Below, piece after piece: positions 1-8,672 of a stretch of DNA of 64,000 nt (positions are counted from its first letter, which is position 1; the number at the start of each line of letters is the position of its first letter). Both the position numbers and the translations under genes were made by a program. Origin of the DNA: a virus (Duplodnaviria > Heunggongvirae > Uroviricota > Caudoviricetes); the IMG/VR virus record IMGVR_UViG_3300038345_000251, positions 247,248 to 311,247 of that record; one strand, 5' to 3'. The notes under the pieces are model-generated. The model had not been told where the DNA came from and searched no databases. It saw only the letters and a list, made by a program, of their open reading frames with translations.

Positions 1-3
1 AAC

Positions 4-1482
4 ATGACAGGATTAAGTATATCTTATACTGATTCATGGGCAACAGTAACATTGAGTAATCCGAATGGTAGTGGTACAATTGATTTTTCAGCACCACAAA
101 ATACAACAGGAGTAAATCATGGACCATCTAATTATTATGTACAACAAAATGGTATCAATATTGCCACAATTATTGTAGAGCAAACAAGAGGCTATGTAAC
201 TTTTGATGGATATGTATCACATTCAGCAGAAACAATTACAATTAGTTCAGATGAAACAAGTTTTGATAAAGTATTTGCTTCAACACTTAGTGGTTTGACA
301 ATATCACCTGAAGAAACTTATAATTGGATTTCAGGATTAGGAATTAATACACCGTTTGTTGATGATGGTGGTGGTGTACTTGCTGACCCAATCCCACAGT
401 CAGGTAGTGTTAGCGCAACAACAACAGTAAATGATACTAACTATGATAGAACTGCTATTTTTGATATTAAATGTAATAATGTTGTTGTTGGTAAACTTAC
501 TGTAAAACAATTAGCACAACTTAAAGAATTAACGTTTGATATTATATCAGCAGGTACATTATATTTGGCAGAAACAGCAGCAAGTGGTAGTTATAGTTAT
601 CTTGGAAAAACGATTGAATATAGTAAAGATAATGGTGTAACTTGGACAACTATTACAAGTAATAGTGGTAGTTCAGCACCAAGTATTAGTGTTGCTAGAG
701 GTGATAAAGTTTATTTTAGGGGTAATAATGACTGTTATACAGTAAATAGTGGTAATTGTTATGTTGTTTTTAGTGCTTCAACAGGTACAAAAGTTAATGT
801 TAGCGGTAATATAAACAGTTTAATACAAAAAGAAAACTTTAATTCAGTTACAAGTTTTACTAAAAGTTATGTATTTTGTAGTTTATTCAGTAATGGTAAT
901 TGGCTTGTATCAGTCAGAGATTTAGTATTTCCAACAATGTCACTCACAGATTATTGCTATGCTGGTATGTTTGCTTATCAAACTAATTTACTTGATGTAC
1001 CTGCAAAATTTCCTGCTACTACGTTAAAAGAAGGTTGTTATAGGTCAATGTTCCATGATTGTTCAGGCATTGTAAACGCTGATTATATGGAATTACCTGC
1101 AATGACATTAAAACCTTATTGTTACGCTAATATGTTTGTAAGAAATACAAGTCTTGTTAGCACACCTGCACTTCCTGCAACAACGTTAGCACAAGGTTGT
1201 TATTATTATATGTTCTATGGGTGTAGGGCTTTAACTACTGCACCTGAACTTCCTGCATTAACATTGGTTGCAGAATGTTATAAAACAATGTTTGAACTCT
1301 GTAGAGGTATTAAATATATTAAATGTCTTGCAACTAATATTTCAGCAAATCAATGTGTATATTATTTTACTAAAGATGTGGCTTCATCAGGTACGTTTGT
1401 CAAACATCCTAATATGACATCGTGGACAACAGGTACTGATGGTATACCAAATAATTGGACAGTAGAAGATGCAGTATTGTAA
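4..1482 (+). CDS. virion surface/adhesin-like protein with BspA-like leucine-rich repeats (probably 5'-truncated by the window edge)
   Basis: C-terminal repeats of the type PELPATTLxxxCYxxMFxGCxxLxxA; Ser/Thr-rich beta-type N-terminal part. Confidence 0.65.
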   Translation: MTGLSISYTDSWATVTLSNPNGSGTIDFSAPQNTTGVNHGPSNYYVQQNGINIATIIVEQTRGYVTFDGYVSHSAETITISSDETSFDKVFASTLSGLTISPEETYNWISGLGINTPFVDDGGGVLADPIPQSGSVSATTTVNDTNYDRTAIFDIKCNNVVVGKLTVKQLAQLKELTFDIISAGTLYLAETAASGSYSYLGKTIEYSKDNGVTWTTITSNSGSSAPSISVARGDKVYFRGNNDCYTVNSGNCYVVFSASTGTKVNVSGNINSLIQKENFNSVTSFTKSYVFCSLFSNGNWLVSVRDLVFPTMSLTDYCYAGMFAYQTNLLDVPAKFPATTLKEGCYRSMFHDCSGIVNADYMELPAMTLKPYCYANMFVRNTSLVSTPALPATTLAQGCYYYMFYGCRALTTAPELPALTLVAECYKTMFELCRGIKYIKCLATNISANQCVYYFTKDVASSGTFVKHPNMTSWTTGTDGIPNNWTVEDAVL

Positions 1483-1488
1483 TAAAAG

Positions 1489-1516
1489 AAAAGCCGTAGA
1501 ATCTACGGCTTTTTTA
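1489..1516. terminator. bidirectional intrinsic terminator
   Basis: AAAAGCCGTAGA-ATCTACGGCTTTT hairpin between convergent genes. Confidence 0.8.
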
Positions 1517-2557
1517 TTTATAATATTCTTTGTTAGAAATTATTCGTTGTATTACTTCATCAGACCATTTAGGGAAACATTCTTTTAATAAACTAATTAA
1601 TTCTTCTTTTGTAACGTTTCTCACTAAAAATTGTCTACCTTGTGCTGTTTTAAATCTAAATACAGGTATTATATCTTTTTTAGGCTCTGTAACAGGTTTT
1701 GATATTGTAGTATAGTCAGCACTATTAATTGGAATTGTGGTTGTTTGATATTTATCTATTTCTTTAACAAATTGTTGTCCTTCTACAGGCCAATATCTAT
1801 AGGCTCTACAAGCAGTTTTATATCCACTATCAAAGACAATGTTTTTAAGGTTTTCATCAGTAGAAAGTTTAATTTCTTTTGTTTTACCACCTTTCTTTTC
1901 TATATTAATAATTTCGGTTGTTAAATTTGGGGAAGTAGAATTTATTAAACGAACAGTACCATCATTTCTAAAAACAAATACTAATTGTATCTTACTTAGT
2001 TTATTTTGTTGTCTTTGTCTATTTTTAGCAGCAATAGCAGAATCTAATTCCATTTCATTCATTTGTTCTGCTTTTGCAAGTCTTTCAACTGTAAATATAC
2101 CATTGGATTTACTTGAAACATATGCAGCAATTTCTTTAAAATCAGTACCATGTGATTGTATAGGTACAAAACCATACATATTGCAATAATAATGGCACAT
2201 TTCGTGAACTAATGTACTTAATGCTGCTTTTTCACTCCATTTATAATTACCATTAAGTTCAATTGTTGGTTTACACATATCAACAAAATTACTTCTATCA
2301 ACATATATTTTATCTCCCCAATATGGGTCATATTGATATATTCTACGTGTTTGTTTACTGTATTTAAGATTAGTACCTGTCATTTTAAACCAACCTAAAA
2401 CGTTTCCGTTAGCACCTTTTCCTGTTTTAAATATCTTAAAATTACAAGCACCAAGTTCGTTATTGAATAATTGTCTGTTCATTTCGGTATACATTTCAGA
2501 CATCCATTCAGTAGTAAGATTTATATAATTCGTATCACTCGCTTCAATTAATAACAT
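1514..2557 (-). CDS. SprT-like zinc metalloprotease
   Basis: TLVHEMCH (HExxH) and downstream HGxxF motif. Confidence 0.8.
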   Translation of the reverse strand: MLLIEASDTNYINLTTEWMSEMYTEMNRQLFNNELGACNFKIFKTGKGANGNVLGWFKMTGTNLKYSKQTRRIYQYDPYWGDKIYVDRSNFVDMCKPTIELNGNYKWSEKAALSTLVHEMCHYYCNMYGFVPIQSHGTDFKEIAAYVSSKSNGIFTVERLAKAEQMNEMELDSAIAAKNRQRQQNKLSKIQLVFVFRNDGTVRLINSTSPNLTTEIINIEKKGGKTKEIKLSTDENLKNIVFDSGYKTACRAYRYWPVEGQQFVKEIDKYQTTTIPINSADYTTISKPVTEPKKDIIPVFRFKTAQGRQFLVRNVTKEELISLLKECFPKWSDEVIQRIISNKEYYK

Positions 2558-2624
2558 AAAAAAAATGTTTAATATATATAAATATTAAACAGAACTGAAT
2601 AAAAACCAAACTGAATAACAAAAG

Positions 2625-2972
2625 TTAACTTCTAATCCTTCTTCTTTCTGGACCTCTAATTTTATTTTCAAGCCCTTCAAATACATCTGAAATAACTTTC
2701 CAATCGTAGAATCCGTTTGCTGCACCACCTGCAATAATACCACCAATTATACCTACAATGTAGTTCCATAATTCAGATAAACCAAATGATACACCACCTG
2801 TCGCAACAAACACAACTGCAATAATAACTGCAAGAATCCAAGAAACTAAATGTCTTGCCCAACTTTTATCAATTTTAAAAATTCCATTAAAAACAGATGT
2901 TAATGTCTGTGTTCCAATTATGATTGATGGAATGGCAATTAAAAGTTGATTGATTAATGTTGTAATAACCAT
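2625..2972 (-). CDS. small multi-pass membrane protein (holin-like)
   Basis: 115 aa, about 3 hydrophobic segments, basic C-terminus. Confidence 0.5.
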   Translation of the reverse strand: MVITTLINQLLIAIPSIIIGTQTLTSVFNGIFKIDKSWARHLVSWILAVIIAVVFVATGGVSFGLSELWNYIVGIIGGIIAGGAANGFYDWKVISDVFEGLENKIRGPERRRIRS

Positions 2973-3027
2973 AATATAAAAATTTGTTAAATTATTGAAT
3001 ATAACAAGTTAGTAAATACTGTATTTG

Positions 3028-3112
3028 CGGAGGGTACTGGATTCGAACCAGTGGACCCATACGGGTCGGCAGTTTAGCAAACTGCTGGTTTAAGCCACTC
3101 ACCCAACCCTCC
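3028..3112 (-). tRNA. tRNA-Ser(GCU)
   Basis: class II cloverleaf, GCAGT-TT GCT AA-ACTGC. Confidence 0.95.
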
Positions 3113-3117
3113 AAAAT

Positions 3118-3243
3118 TAAGAACATAAAAAGTGTGCTGTAGCTTAGTTAGGATATATTTGCAACAATCACCTAACAACGTGTTTTCATTACAAGCACCA
3201 TCTAATACCATTATCTGCAAACGAGGTAACTTTAAATGTTCTT
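3118..3243 (-). ncRNA. putative structured RNA with a possible pseudoknot
   Basis: closing stem AAGAACAT/ATGTTCTT; crossing pairings TTTGCA/TGCAAA and GTTAGG/CCTAAC. Confidence 0.35.
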
Positions 3244-3245
3244 AG

Positions 3246-3319
3246 AGTACGTGACTGGATTTGAACCAGTGAATAACGGTTTTGCAGACCGACCCTTTAG
3301 ACCACTCAGGCACACGTAC
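3246..3319 (-). tRNA. tRNA-Cys(GCA)
   Basis: cloverleaf, loop CT GCA AA, U73. Confidence 0.95.
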
Positions 3320-3324
3320 ATAAA

Positions 3325-3721
3325 AAATCAAACCGTACTACATCGCTGCGACTGAGGAACTTCGGCTTTACGAAGATTGCATTACCTTTGGAGTGTTTTA
3401 CTTCTCTTTTAAACTACTTCAGATGTTGTACCAAATTACTGATGTTATCTCGTTGGCCTAGACAGGATGTTTTTCATCATCGTCTCTCTTTACAAGGTTT
3501 TACCCACCTGTTGGCAAGGCGCATCATTTTAGGTTTATGAATTATTCCTAAAATTCAAGATTCATGAGCATCCTAAGATTAATTATTCGGCCGCTTAGTT
3601 TCTTAATTTATTTTGGCTGTTTTCTTAATCGAACATTTACCGCACCTATGTTTGCACCTTAATAAATACCCTCATTACTACTTGGCAAGGTTCATTATGG
3701 AAAATGAACTAGGTTTGATTT
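3325..3721 (-). ncRNA. putative large (~400 nt) structured ncRNA
   Basis: 10-bp terminal stem AAATCAAACC/GGTTTGATTT, several internal hairpins, no ORF, lies between tRNAs. Confidence 0.45.
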
Positions 3722-3757
3722 GAAACTAACAAAGAAATGTTAGCGAGTATATTTCAC

Positions 3758-3820
3758 AGAAATCAATTTGTTTCATCAGATATTGGAGGTATCTACAAAA
3801 AAAGTTGCTGTTTGATTTCT
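3758..3820 (-). ncRNA. stem+ACAGCAA element with a Gly(UCC)-like anticodon hairpin
   Basis: AGAAATCAA-ACAGCAA...AGATA-CCTCCAA-TATCT...TTGATTTCT. Confidence 0.6.
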
Positions 3821-3825
3821 TATTG

Positions 3826-3898
3826 AGCCGACAGGGGGATTCGAACCCACGACTTCCGCATTACAAGTGCGGTGCTCTACCAGCTGAGCTATGTCGGC
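3826..3898 (-). tRNA. tRNA-Thr(UGU)
   Basis: canonical cloverleaf, CT TGT AA. Confidence 0.95.
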
Positions 3899-3962
3899 AT
3901 TAAATTCAATACAAATATACAAATAAATATATTAAAAATCAACATTAAATTAATAATGTTTG

Positions 3963-4035
3963 GGGGAAGGGTCGGAATCGAACCGACATCAACAGGACCA
4001 CAATCTGTCATGTTAACCTTTACACCACCATCCCC
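3963..4035 (-). tRNA. tRNA-His(GUG) with encoded G-1
   Basis: loop TT GTG GT, G-1:C73. Confidence 0.93.
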
Positions 4036-4040
4036 ATGTA

Positions 4041-4176
4041 TCTTCTAATAAACATCCAATGTGGTAATACGTACTCCCACAAATTTTACAGTTGTTGTTT
4101 TAACCTCATAAACTATCAGCACCACGCATATACAGACTTGAACTCGCTTCTCCAACTTGTGATGTGTATTAAAAGA
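4041..4176 (-). ncRNA. putative structured RNA with T-loop, D-arm and Tyr-loop-like pieces
   Basis: closing stem TCTTTTAATA..CATC/GATG..TATTAGAAGA; internal GTTCAAGTC, AGTTTATGAGGTTAAAAC, CTGTAAA. Confidence 0.3.
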
Positions 4177-4252
4177 AAAAACAGACTTTTAGTTATGTCT
4201 TCCTAACCAAGACATTTATGAACATCACCAGAGAGTATATTTCTAAGAAAAA

Positions 4253-4555
4253 TTACTTTTCCTTTTCGTTTTTCTTTCCCTTTTTAAGCCAAACTTCTTT
4301 AATACAATCAATTGAACCTTTATTGAAAAAATACAATACAGGTACTGTGATAAAGAGAAGAGGAAATACCCATAACCAAGAAATTTCAGGTGTGGCAATA
4401 ATAAAGTAAACACTATAAGCAACTATTAAATCAGCAATTAATGCGAAAATAGGTGCTAAATATGGTGTTAAGAATTCTAACTTATCAAAAAGTTTTCCAA
4501 GTGGTTCAAACATTTTTTCCACAACATTCCAAAATTTATCCCAAAACTTACTCAT
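4253..4555 (-). CDS. hypothetical membrane protein
   Basis: 100 aa, 2 hydrophobic segments, stop/start overlap with the upstream ORF. Confidence 0.6.
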   Translation of the reverse strand: MSKFWDKFWNVVEKMFEPLGKLFDKLEFLTPYLAPIFALIADLIVAYSVYFIIATPEISWLWVFPLLFITVPVLYFFNKGSIDCIKEVWLKKGKKNEKEK

Positions 4556-4769
4556 GATTCTTTTTATTTCTTTTTTCTTTTATTTTATTAACAAAATATT
4601 TACTAACAAGTATATCAAAATAAATTGCACCTGCTGTAAACGGAGCAATAAGAATTATTGCCCATAATAAACTTAAACTTTTGAAAGCAACACAAGCAAA
4701 TATCACTAATAAAAGATTAAAAGTAAATAATCCAAATGTTCCCCAAAAAATTAAACCTTTGTCTTCCAT
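4548..4769 (-). CDS. hypothetical membrane protein (start moved to MEDKG)
   Basis: 2 hydrophobic segments; ATG at 4769 directly follows the upstream stop. Confidence 0.55.
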   Translation of the reverse strand: MEDKGLIFWGTFGLFTFNLLLVIFACVAFKSLSLLWAIILIAPFTAGAIYFDILVSKYFVNKIKEKRNKKNHE

Positions 4770-4771
4770 AA

Positions 4772-5014
4772 TTAAACAATTAAAATTATAATAATTATTA
4801 TTGCTATTTGTAAAAGTTGGCCAACCATTCCACCTATCATGGTCGCCCACCAATCGTTCCAATCAAATATTCCACCTTTTAATTTGTCTTTGTATTCCAT
4901 CCCTGTAGCAAGGCCTAATACACATAAAATAGTAAATATAAATCCCACTGGGATAGCGTATTTAAAGTGTAAATCTCTATTAGAACTTTTAAACCAATTT
5001 TTAATTTTACCCAT
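4772..5014 (-). CDS. hypothetical membrane protein
   Basis: 80 aa, preceded by ACTATTTATA motif. Confidence 0.6.
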   Translation of the reverse strand: MGKIKNWFKSSNRDLHFKYAIPVGFIFTILCVLGLATGMEYKDKLKGGIFDWNDWWATMIGGMVGQLLQIAIIIIIILIV

Positions 5015-5255
5015 AACTCTTTTTACTATAAATAGTTATGAAGTATGAAATTGTATTATTTTGACAAATAAATTGTTTAATTTTTATATTAAAAATACGA
5101 AAGGAATTCCGTAGTCACCTTTCATCACAGATACTTCTGACACTATCTACATCAGCCTAAAGCGAACCGAAACCTGCTTATCATTATTTGAATCTTTCTC
5201 TAACACCCATTTTAGTTAGATATGCTATCTGATTCCCCAACTAGATATTTTTAAC

Positions 5256-5331
5256 TGGAGCAGTGGACGGGACTCGGACCCGCAACCTTGACATTGGCAA
5301 TGTCACTATCTACCAATTGATATACCACTGC
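5256..5331 (-). tRNA. tRNA-Gly(GCC) with encoded CCA
   Basis: loop TT GCC AA, U73-CCA. Confidence 0.93.
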
Positions 5332-5336
5332 ATATA

Positions 5337-5412
5337 TGGATGGCTGGATTTAATACCAACAATAGCGAGACTGTTTCTCGCTGTTTTACCACGTGACATT
5401 AGACTACATCCA
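5337..5412 (-). pseudogene. degenerate tRNA-like element
   Basis: acceptor TGGATG/CATCCA, D- and T-like arms, non-canonical anticodon and T loops. Confidence 0.45.
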
Positions 5413-5415
5413 TAA

Positions 5416-5569
5416 TGGAGCAGGTGAACGGAATCGAACCGTCATAGCCAGATTGTTCAAACACTACGCTTCGGACGTACAATCGTTCTCCCATTTGTTT
5501 GAAATAATTACTCACAGTGAATTGGAACTGTATGGAAGTCTGGCGCACTAACCGTTGTGCTACACCTGC
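5416..5569 (-). tRNA. tRNA-Gly(UCC) interrupted by a 79-nt intron
   Basis: exon1 5569-5534 ends CCAGA-CTTCC; exon2 5454-5416 AA-TCTGG...T-CCA; joining gives a canonical tRNA. Confidence 0.9.
5455..5533 (-). other. AUACRG...C mini-intron in tRNA-Gly(UCC)
   Basis: starts ATACAG; ACAGT/ACTGT pairing; nested stem TTCAAACA/TGTTTGAA with T-like arm; terminal C. Confidence 0.8.
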
Positions 5570-5575
5570 AAAAAC

Positions 5576-5712
5576 AAAAGTCTTTTTACCCTCATTCGGA
5601 TTCGAACCGTTATCTTCAGACTATCTGTCTGCTATTCTACCTATTAAACTACTTATGCAAGGGATTTATTTTGGCGCATACGAAATTGATTATTGATTGC
5701 TGTAAGACTTTT
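5576..5712 (-). ncRNA. stem+ACAGCAA element enclosing a degenerate tRNA body
   Basis: AAAAGTCTT-ACAGCAA...D arm, CAGAC/GTCTG arm, CGG-TTCGAAT-CCG...AAGACTTTT. Confidence 0.55.
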
Positions 5713-5885
5713 TATTAATTTTCTCAGTTTAATTATAACTGTATATGGCGAAGGTTTTTGACCACTCTTTTTACTTACTTAGCTAGCAGTTATTCGATAA
5801 AAAAAGTAAGAAGTTATATCTGAAAGATATTTCGAAATTCTCTTTCATCTACGGAATCAGACACCTTCAAAACCGTAAGCCTCTT

Positions 5886-6617
5886 TTACTGGTTTTTTAT
5901 ATCTTTTTTTCTAAATGGTAAATCGTATTTTTTACACCATTTTCTAACGGCATTATCTGTTACATTATAGATTTTACCAATTTCAACAAAACTTTTTTCT
6001 TTTATCAAGGAACTTAAAACATCTTTTGGCGGAATTGCATTTTTTTTCTTATTGTATGAAATGTTGTTTTTTTCTAAAAATTTGTTTAATGTTTTTCCAG
6101 TTATATGATTTTTTTTATAAATTTCTTTTTTAGGTAATCCGTTGTTAATGTCATTAATTATACTTTCATAATTTAAATAATTAAAAGAATCGTTTGTTTT
6201 ATGTATATAATTATTTTCATTGTAAAATGAAACCTTGTTTTTTTCCTTTTCTTCTTCTTTCTTTTTTTCTTTTTCTTGTCTGATTTTATAATGTATTTCT
6301 CTATGACAGTTAGCACAAAGTAACATACATTTATCAACTTCTTTTTTTAACGTTTCGATATTACATATTTTACTTGCTGAAATATTGAAATCTTTTTGTG
6401 TTGGGTCTTTATGATGAAAGTCAAGTGCTTCAATACACTTGTCATATCCACATATTTCACATTTACCACCTTTATATTCGACAAGTATTTGTTTATAATT
6501 TTTTCTTTTTTTAGCAACAGATTCATAGTTACATTTTTTACATCTTTTTCTTCCTTTTTTGTCAACGGAAAATTCAGTTTTTCCGTGTATCGGACAAAGT
6601 TCTATAATTGTTTCCAT
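5886..6617 (-). CDS. free-standing HNH homing endonuclease with C-terminal HTH (start moved to METII)
   Basis: CxxC..LDFHH..LCANCHREIH HNH motif; ACTATTTATA just upstream. Confidence 0.8.
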   Translation of the reverse strand: METIIELCPIHGKTEFSVDKKGRKRCKKCNYESVAKKRKNYKQILVEYKGGKCEICGYDKCIEALDFHHKDPTQKDFNISASKICNIETLKKEVDKCMLLCANCHREIHYKIRQEKEKKKEEEKEKNKVSFYNENNYIHKTNDSFNYLNYESIINDINNGLPKKEIYKKNHITGKTLNKFLEKNNISYNKKKNAIPPKDVLSSLIKEKSFVEIGKIYNVTDNAVRKWCKKYDLPFRKKDIKNQ

Positions 6618-6687
6618 ATGTTTTTTATTATAAATAGTTTTTGGTTCGAAAAAAATGCGATAATGTAAAAGTTTTTTGTTCGATTTG

Positions 6688-6764
6688 TCGGGACGGCAGG
6701 AATTGAACCTGCATGTAACCAATTACACTTTCAACACCTTATCAGGGTGAGGTGATACGTCCCG
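6688..6764 (-). tRNA. atypical D-arm-less tRNA-Ile(GAU)-like RNA with long extra arm
   Basis: acceptor CGGGACG/CGTCCCG, CACC-CT GAT AA-GGTG, extra hairpin TGTAA/TTACA, T arm GCAGG/CCTGC; only about 7 nt where the D arm should be. Confidence 0.55.
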
Positions 6765-6779
6765 GAGATAAAATACGGA

Positions 6780-6950
6780 TTAAAACTCAACAGGCATACC
6801 CCTAAAAATGTATTTAGTAGAGGTATCGCCTATTTTTCTTCTTCTAAGTTGTTTATGTGCAAGTTTTTTAGTTACTTTTTTTGTTTTTAACCATTGTTTA
6901 TTTGCTTTACCAGCACAATAAAATCCTTTGAAATCTTTTATACTATGCAT
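6780..6950 (-). CDS. small basic hypothetical protein (56 aa)
   Basis: own translation MHSIKDFKGFYCAG...PVEF*. Confidence 0.45.
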   Translation of the reverse strand: MHSIKDFKGFYCAGKANKQWLKTKKVTKKLAHKQLRRRKIGDTSTKYIFRGMPVEF

Positions 6951-6969
6951 ATTATTGAATTTAAAATTG

Positions 6970-7040
6970 TTGGAGTAGAAAGATTCGAACTCTCACTTAC
7001 AGAGCCAGAATCTGTAGTGCTGCCATTACACCATACTCCA
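6970..7040 (-). tRNA. tRNA-Gln(CUG)
   Basis: U1-A72, ACAGA-TT CTG GC-TCTGT. Confidence 0.93.
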
Positions 7041-7049
7041 TAAAAATTG

Positions 7050-7172
7050 TTGGGGGTAGAGGAATCGAACCTCTGTCTCGTCTTTATGAGAGATTTGCTA
7101 AGAAATTGCTGCAAGCTTTTATATCGAAAAGCCTTTTTCGCTTTTCGTATGCTGCCACTACACCAACCCCCA
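7050..7172 (-). tRNA. atypical tRNA(CAU)-like RNA with a ~50-nt stem+GCAGCAA insert in the anticodon stem
   Basis: intact acceptor, D and T arms; TCT-CT CAT AA-AGA; insert GCTTTT/AAAAGC-TT-GCAGCAA. Confidence 0.6.
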
Positions 7173-7179
7173 ATTGTTT

Positions 7180-7386
7180 TTATTTGTCAACTAAATTATT
7201 TCTAAGTCTTTCAAATTCTTTTTTATCTTGTTTATTTTTCTTTTGTAATTTTTCTACTTTGTTATCATTGCTTCCACAATGTCTATCATAGTATTTTTTT
7301 ACTTTAAATGGATAATCATTAAAATCATCACCATAAACACCATGTTTGGATTTTGCTTTTTCAGAATGTAATCTAGTTTTAGACAT
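7180..7386 (-). CDS. small basic hypothetical protein (start moved to MSKTRL)
   Basis: 68 aa; the ORF-track extension overlaps a tRNA-like gene. Confidence 0.5.
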   Translation of the reverse strand: MSKTRLHSEKAKSKHGVYGDDFNDYPFKVKKYYDRHCGSNDNKVEKLQKKNKQDKKEFERLRNNLVDK

Positions 7387-7407
7387 AATTTTATGTTTTA
7401 AAATTTG

Positions 7408-7522
7408 TGTGGATGAACAGATTTGAACTGCTGACACGAAGTTTACCCAAAAAGATGATGCTGTTAATTTCCAGAACTGAAAACATATTGTCTTCTGCTC
7501 TACCAGACTGAGCTACATCCAC
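7408..7522 (-). tRNA. atypical tRNA-Pro(UGG)-like RNA with a stem+ACAGCA insert in the anticodon stem
   Basis: intact acceptor, D and T arms; loop TT TGG GT; insert GTTTTCAG-TT-CTGGAAAT-TA-ACAGCAT. Confidence 0.6.
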
Positions 7523-7531
7523 ATATTAGAC

Positions 7532-7585
7532 GGAAAACGCTTTTCATTGCTACCCAGTAATAATTTAACTTGCTGTGTATTTTCC
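7532..7585 (-). ncRNA. minimal stem+ACAGCAA element
   Basis: GGAAAAT-AC-ACAGCAA...TGGGT...GTTTTCC. Confidence 0.55.
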
Positions 7586-7589
7586 TTTG

Positions 7590-7674
7590 TCGGAGTGGGG
7601 GGATTCGAACCCCCAAGCCCATTACAGGCACAAGTTCCTTAGACTTGCGTGTCTACCAATTCCACCACACTCCG
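7590..7674 (-). tRNA. tRNA-Leu(AAG)
   Basis: class II Leu body, CAAGT-CT AAG GA-ACTTG. Confidence 0.9.
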
Positions 7675-8598
7675 TTTTTTCAAATCTTTTTTCCTATAAG
7701 GTAAATCGTATGATTTACACCATTTCACTATTGTTTTATCACAAACATTATAAAGTTTTGCAATATATCTAAAAGAAAAATTAGTAATTAAATCAAATAA
7801 TTCTTTTTTAGAAGGTCTATTTTTTACTTTTCTTTGTTTTAAATAATACTCATGTTGTTTAATTGTATGTTTTTCATCATATTGCTCAGATTTTTTATAA
7901 TAGTTTGTATATTGTTTACCGTTTTTTGATATTTTTATTTCTCCTTTTGGTACTTTAATTATTCCAATATGAGTAATGTCTTTAATTTTATTATTTGATA
8001 ATAGTTCTTTTAATTTATTATTTATTAAATCATGATTGTTTTTTACTATGTCTTCTGAAATTCTAATAACTTTCCAACCCAAAGAAGTTAATAATAAATC
8101 TTTTTTCTTATCATTTTCTTTTCTTTCTTCATCTAAAAGATGTTGTGAACCATCTATTTCAACCGCAATTTTTTCATTGATAAATGCAAAATCAATATAA
8201 TATGGAAAAATAGATTTCTCTCTTTCAATTAAATATTTTTTATCATATTCATTTTCTTGAAGAAATTTTATAAAACATTTTTCTGGATAAGAAGGTTCAT
8301 TTCTTTTTCTCCAAGCAGTTTCTTCAGGATGTTCTTTTAAATATTTAAGCCTTATTTCTTTTAGTTTTAATTTTGTTTCTTTTGTATGTTTAAAACTCTT
8401 AGGATATTTTTTATGTGACAATGTGATTGATTCTGAAAAATTTCTTGTTATATTACCTAATAGTTTTTCTCTAATCCACATTTTTGATTTAATATTGTAT
8501 TTTTTAACAATATCACGTATTGAACAACCATTTAAATATTCATTTCTTATTTTTTCTTTTTCTTCTTCAGTAAACAAATTATCATATTTTGAACTCAT
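7639..8598 (-). CDS. free-standing DUF559/Vsr-like (PD-D/ExK) homing endonuclease
   Basis: YYIDFAF..KIAVEIDGSQH..D..L...GWKVIRI motif; HTH C-terminus; 3' end overlaps tRNA-Leu. Confidence 0.8.
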   Translation of the reverse strand: MSSKYDNLFTEEEKEKIRNEYLNGCSIRDIVKKYNIKSKMWIREKLLGNITRNFSESITLSHKKYPKSFKHTKETKLKLKEIRLKYLKEHPEETAWRKRNEPSYPEKCFIKFLQENEYDKKYLIEREKSIFPYYIDFAFINEKIAVEIDGSQHLLDEERKENDKKKDLLLTSLGWKVIRISEDIVKNNHDLINNKLKELLSNNKIKDITHIGIIKVPKGEIKISKNGKQYTNYYKKSEQYDEKHTIKQHEYYLKQRKVKNRPSKKELFDLITNFSFRYIAKLYNVCDKTIVKWCKSYDLPYRKKDLKKRSVVELVDTQV

Positions 8599-8672
8599 AA
8601 TTTTATCATTTTATTATAAATATAAGAAAAAAATAAAAACGAACCGATATTTTAAAAAATTTAATGTCCTTG

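Noticed and set aside
4-1482. Diversity-generating retroelement target in the LRR gene
   Set aside because: No template-repeat copy or reverse transcriptase is visible in the window.
5095-5250. RNase P RNA (also considered for 10455-10868 and 11905-12180)
   Set aside because: Only loose resemblance; the GAGGAAAGUCC and ACARAANNCGGCUUA P4 motifs are not present.
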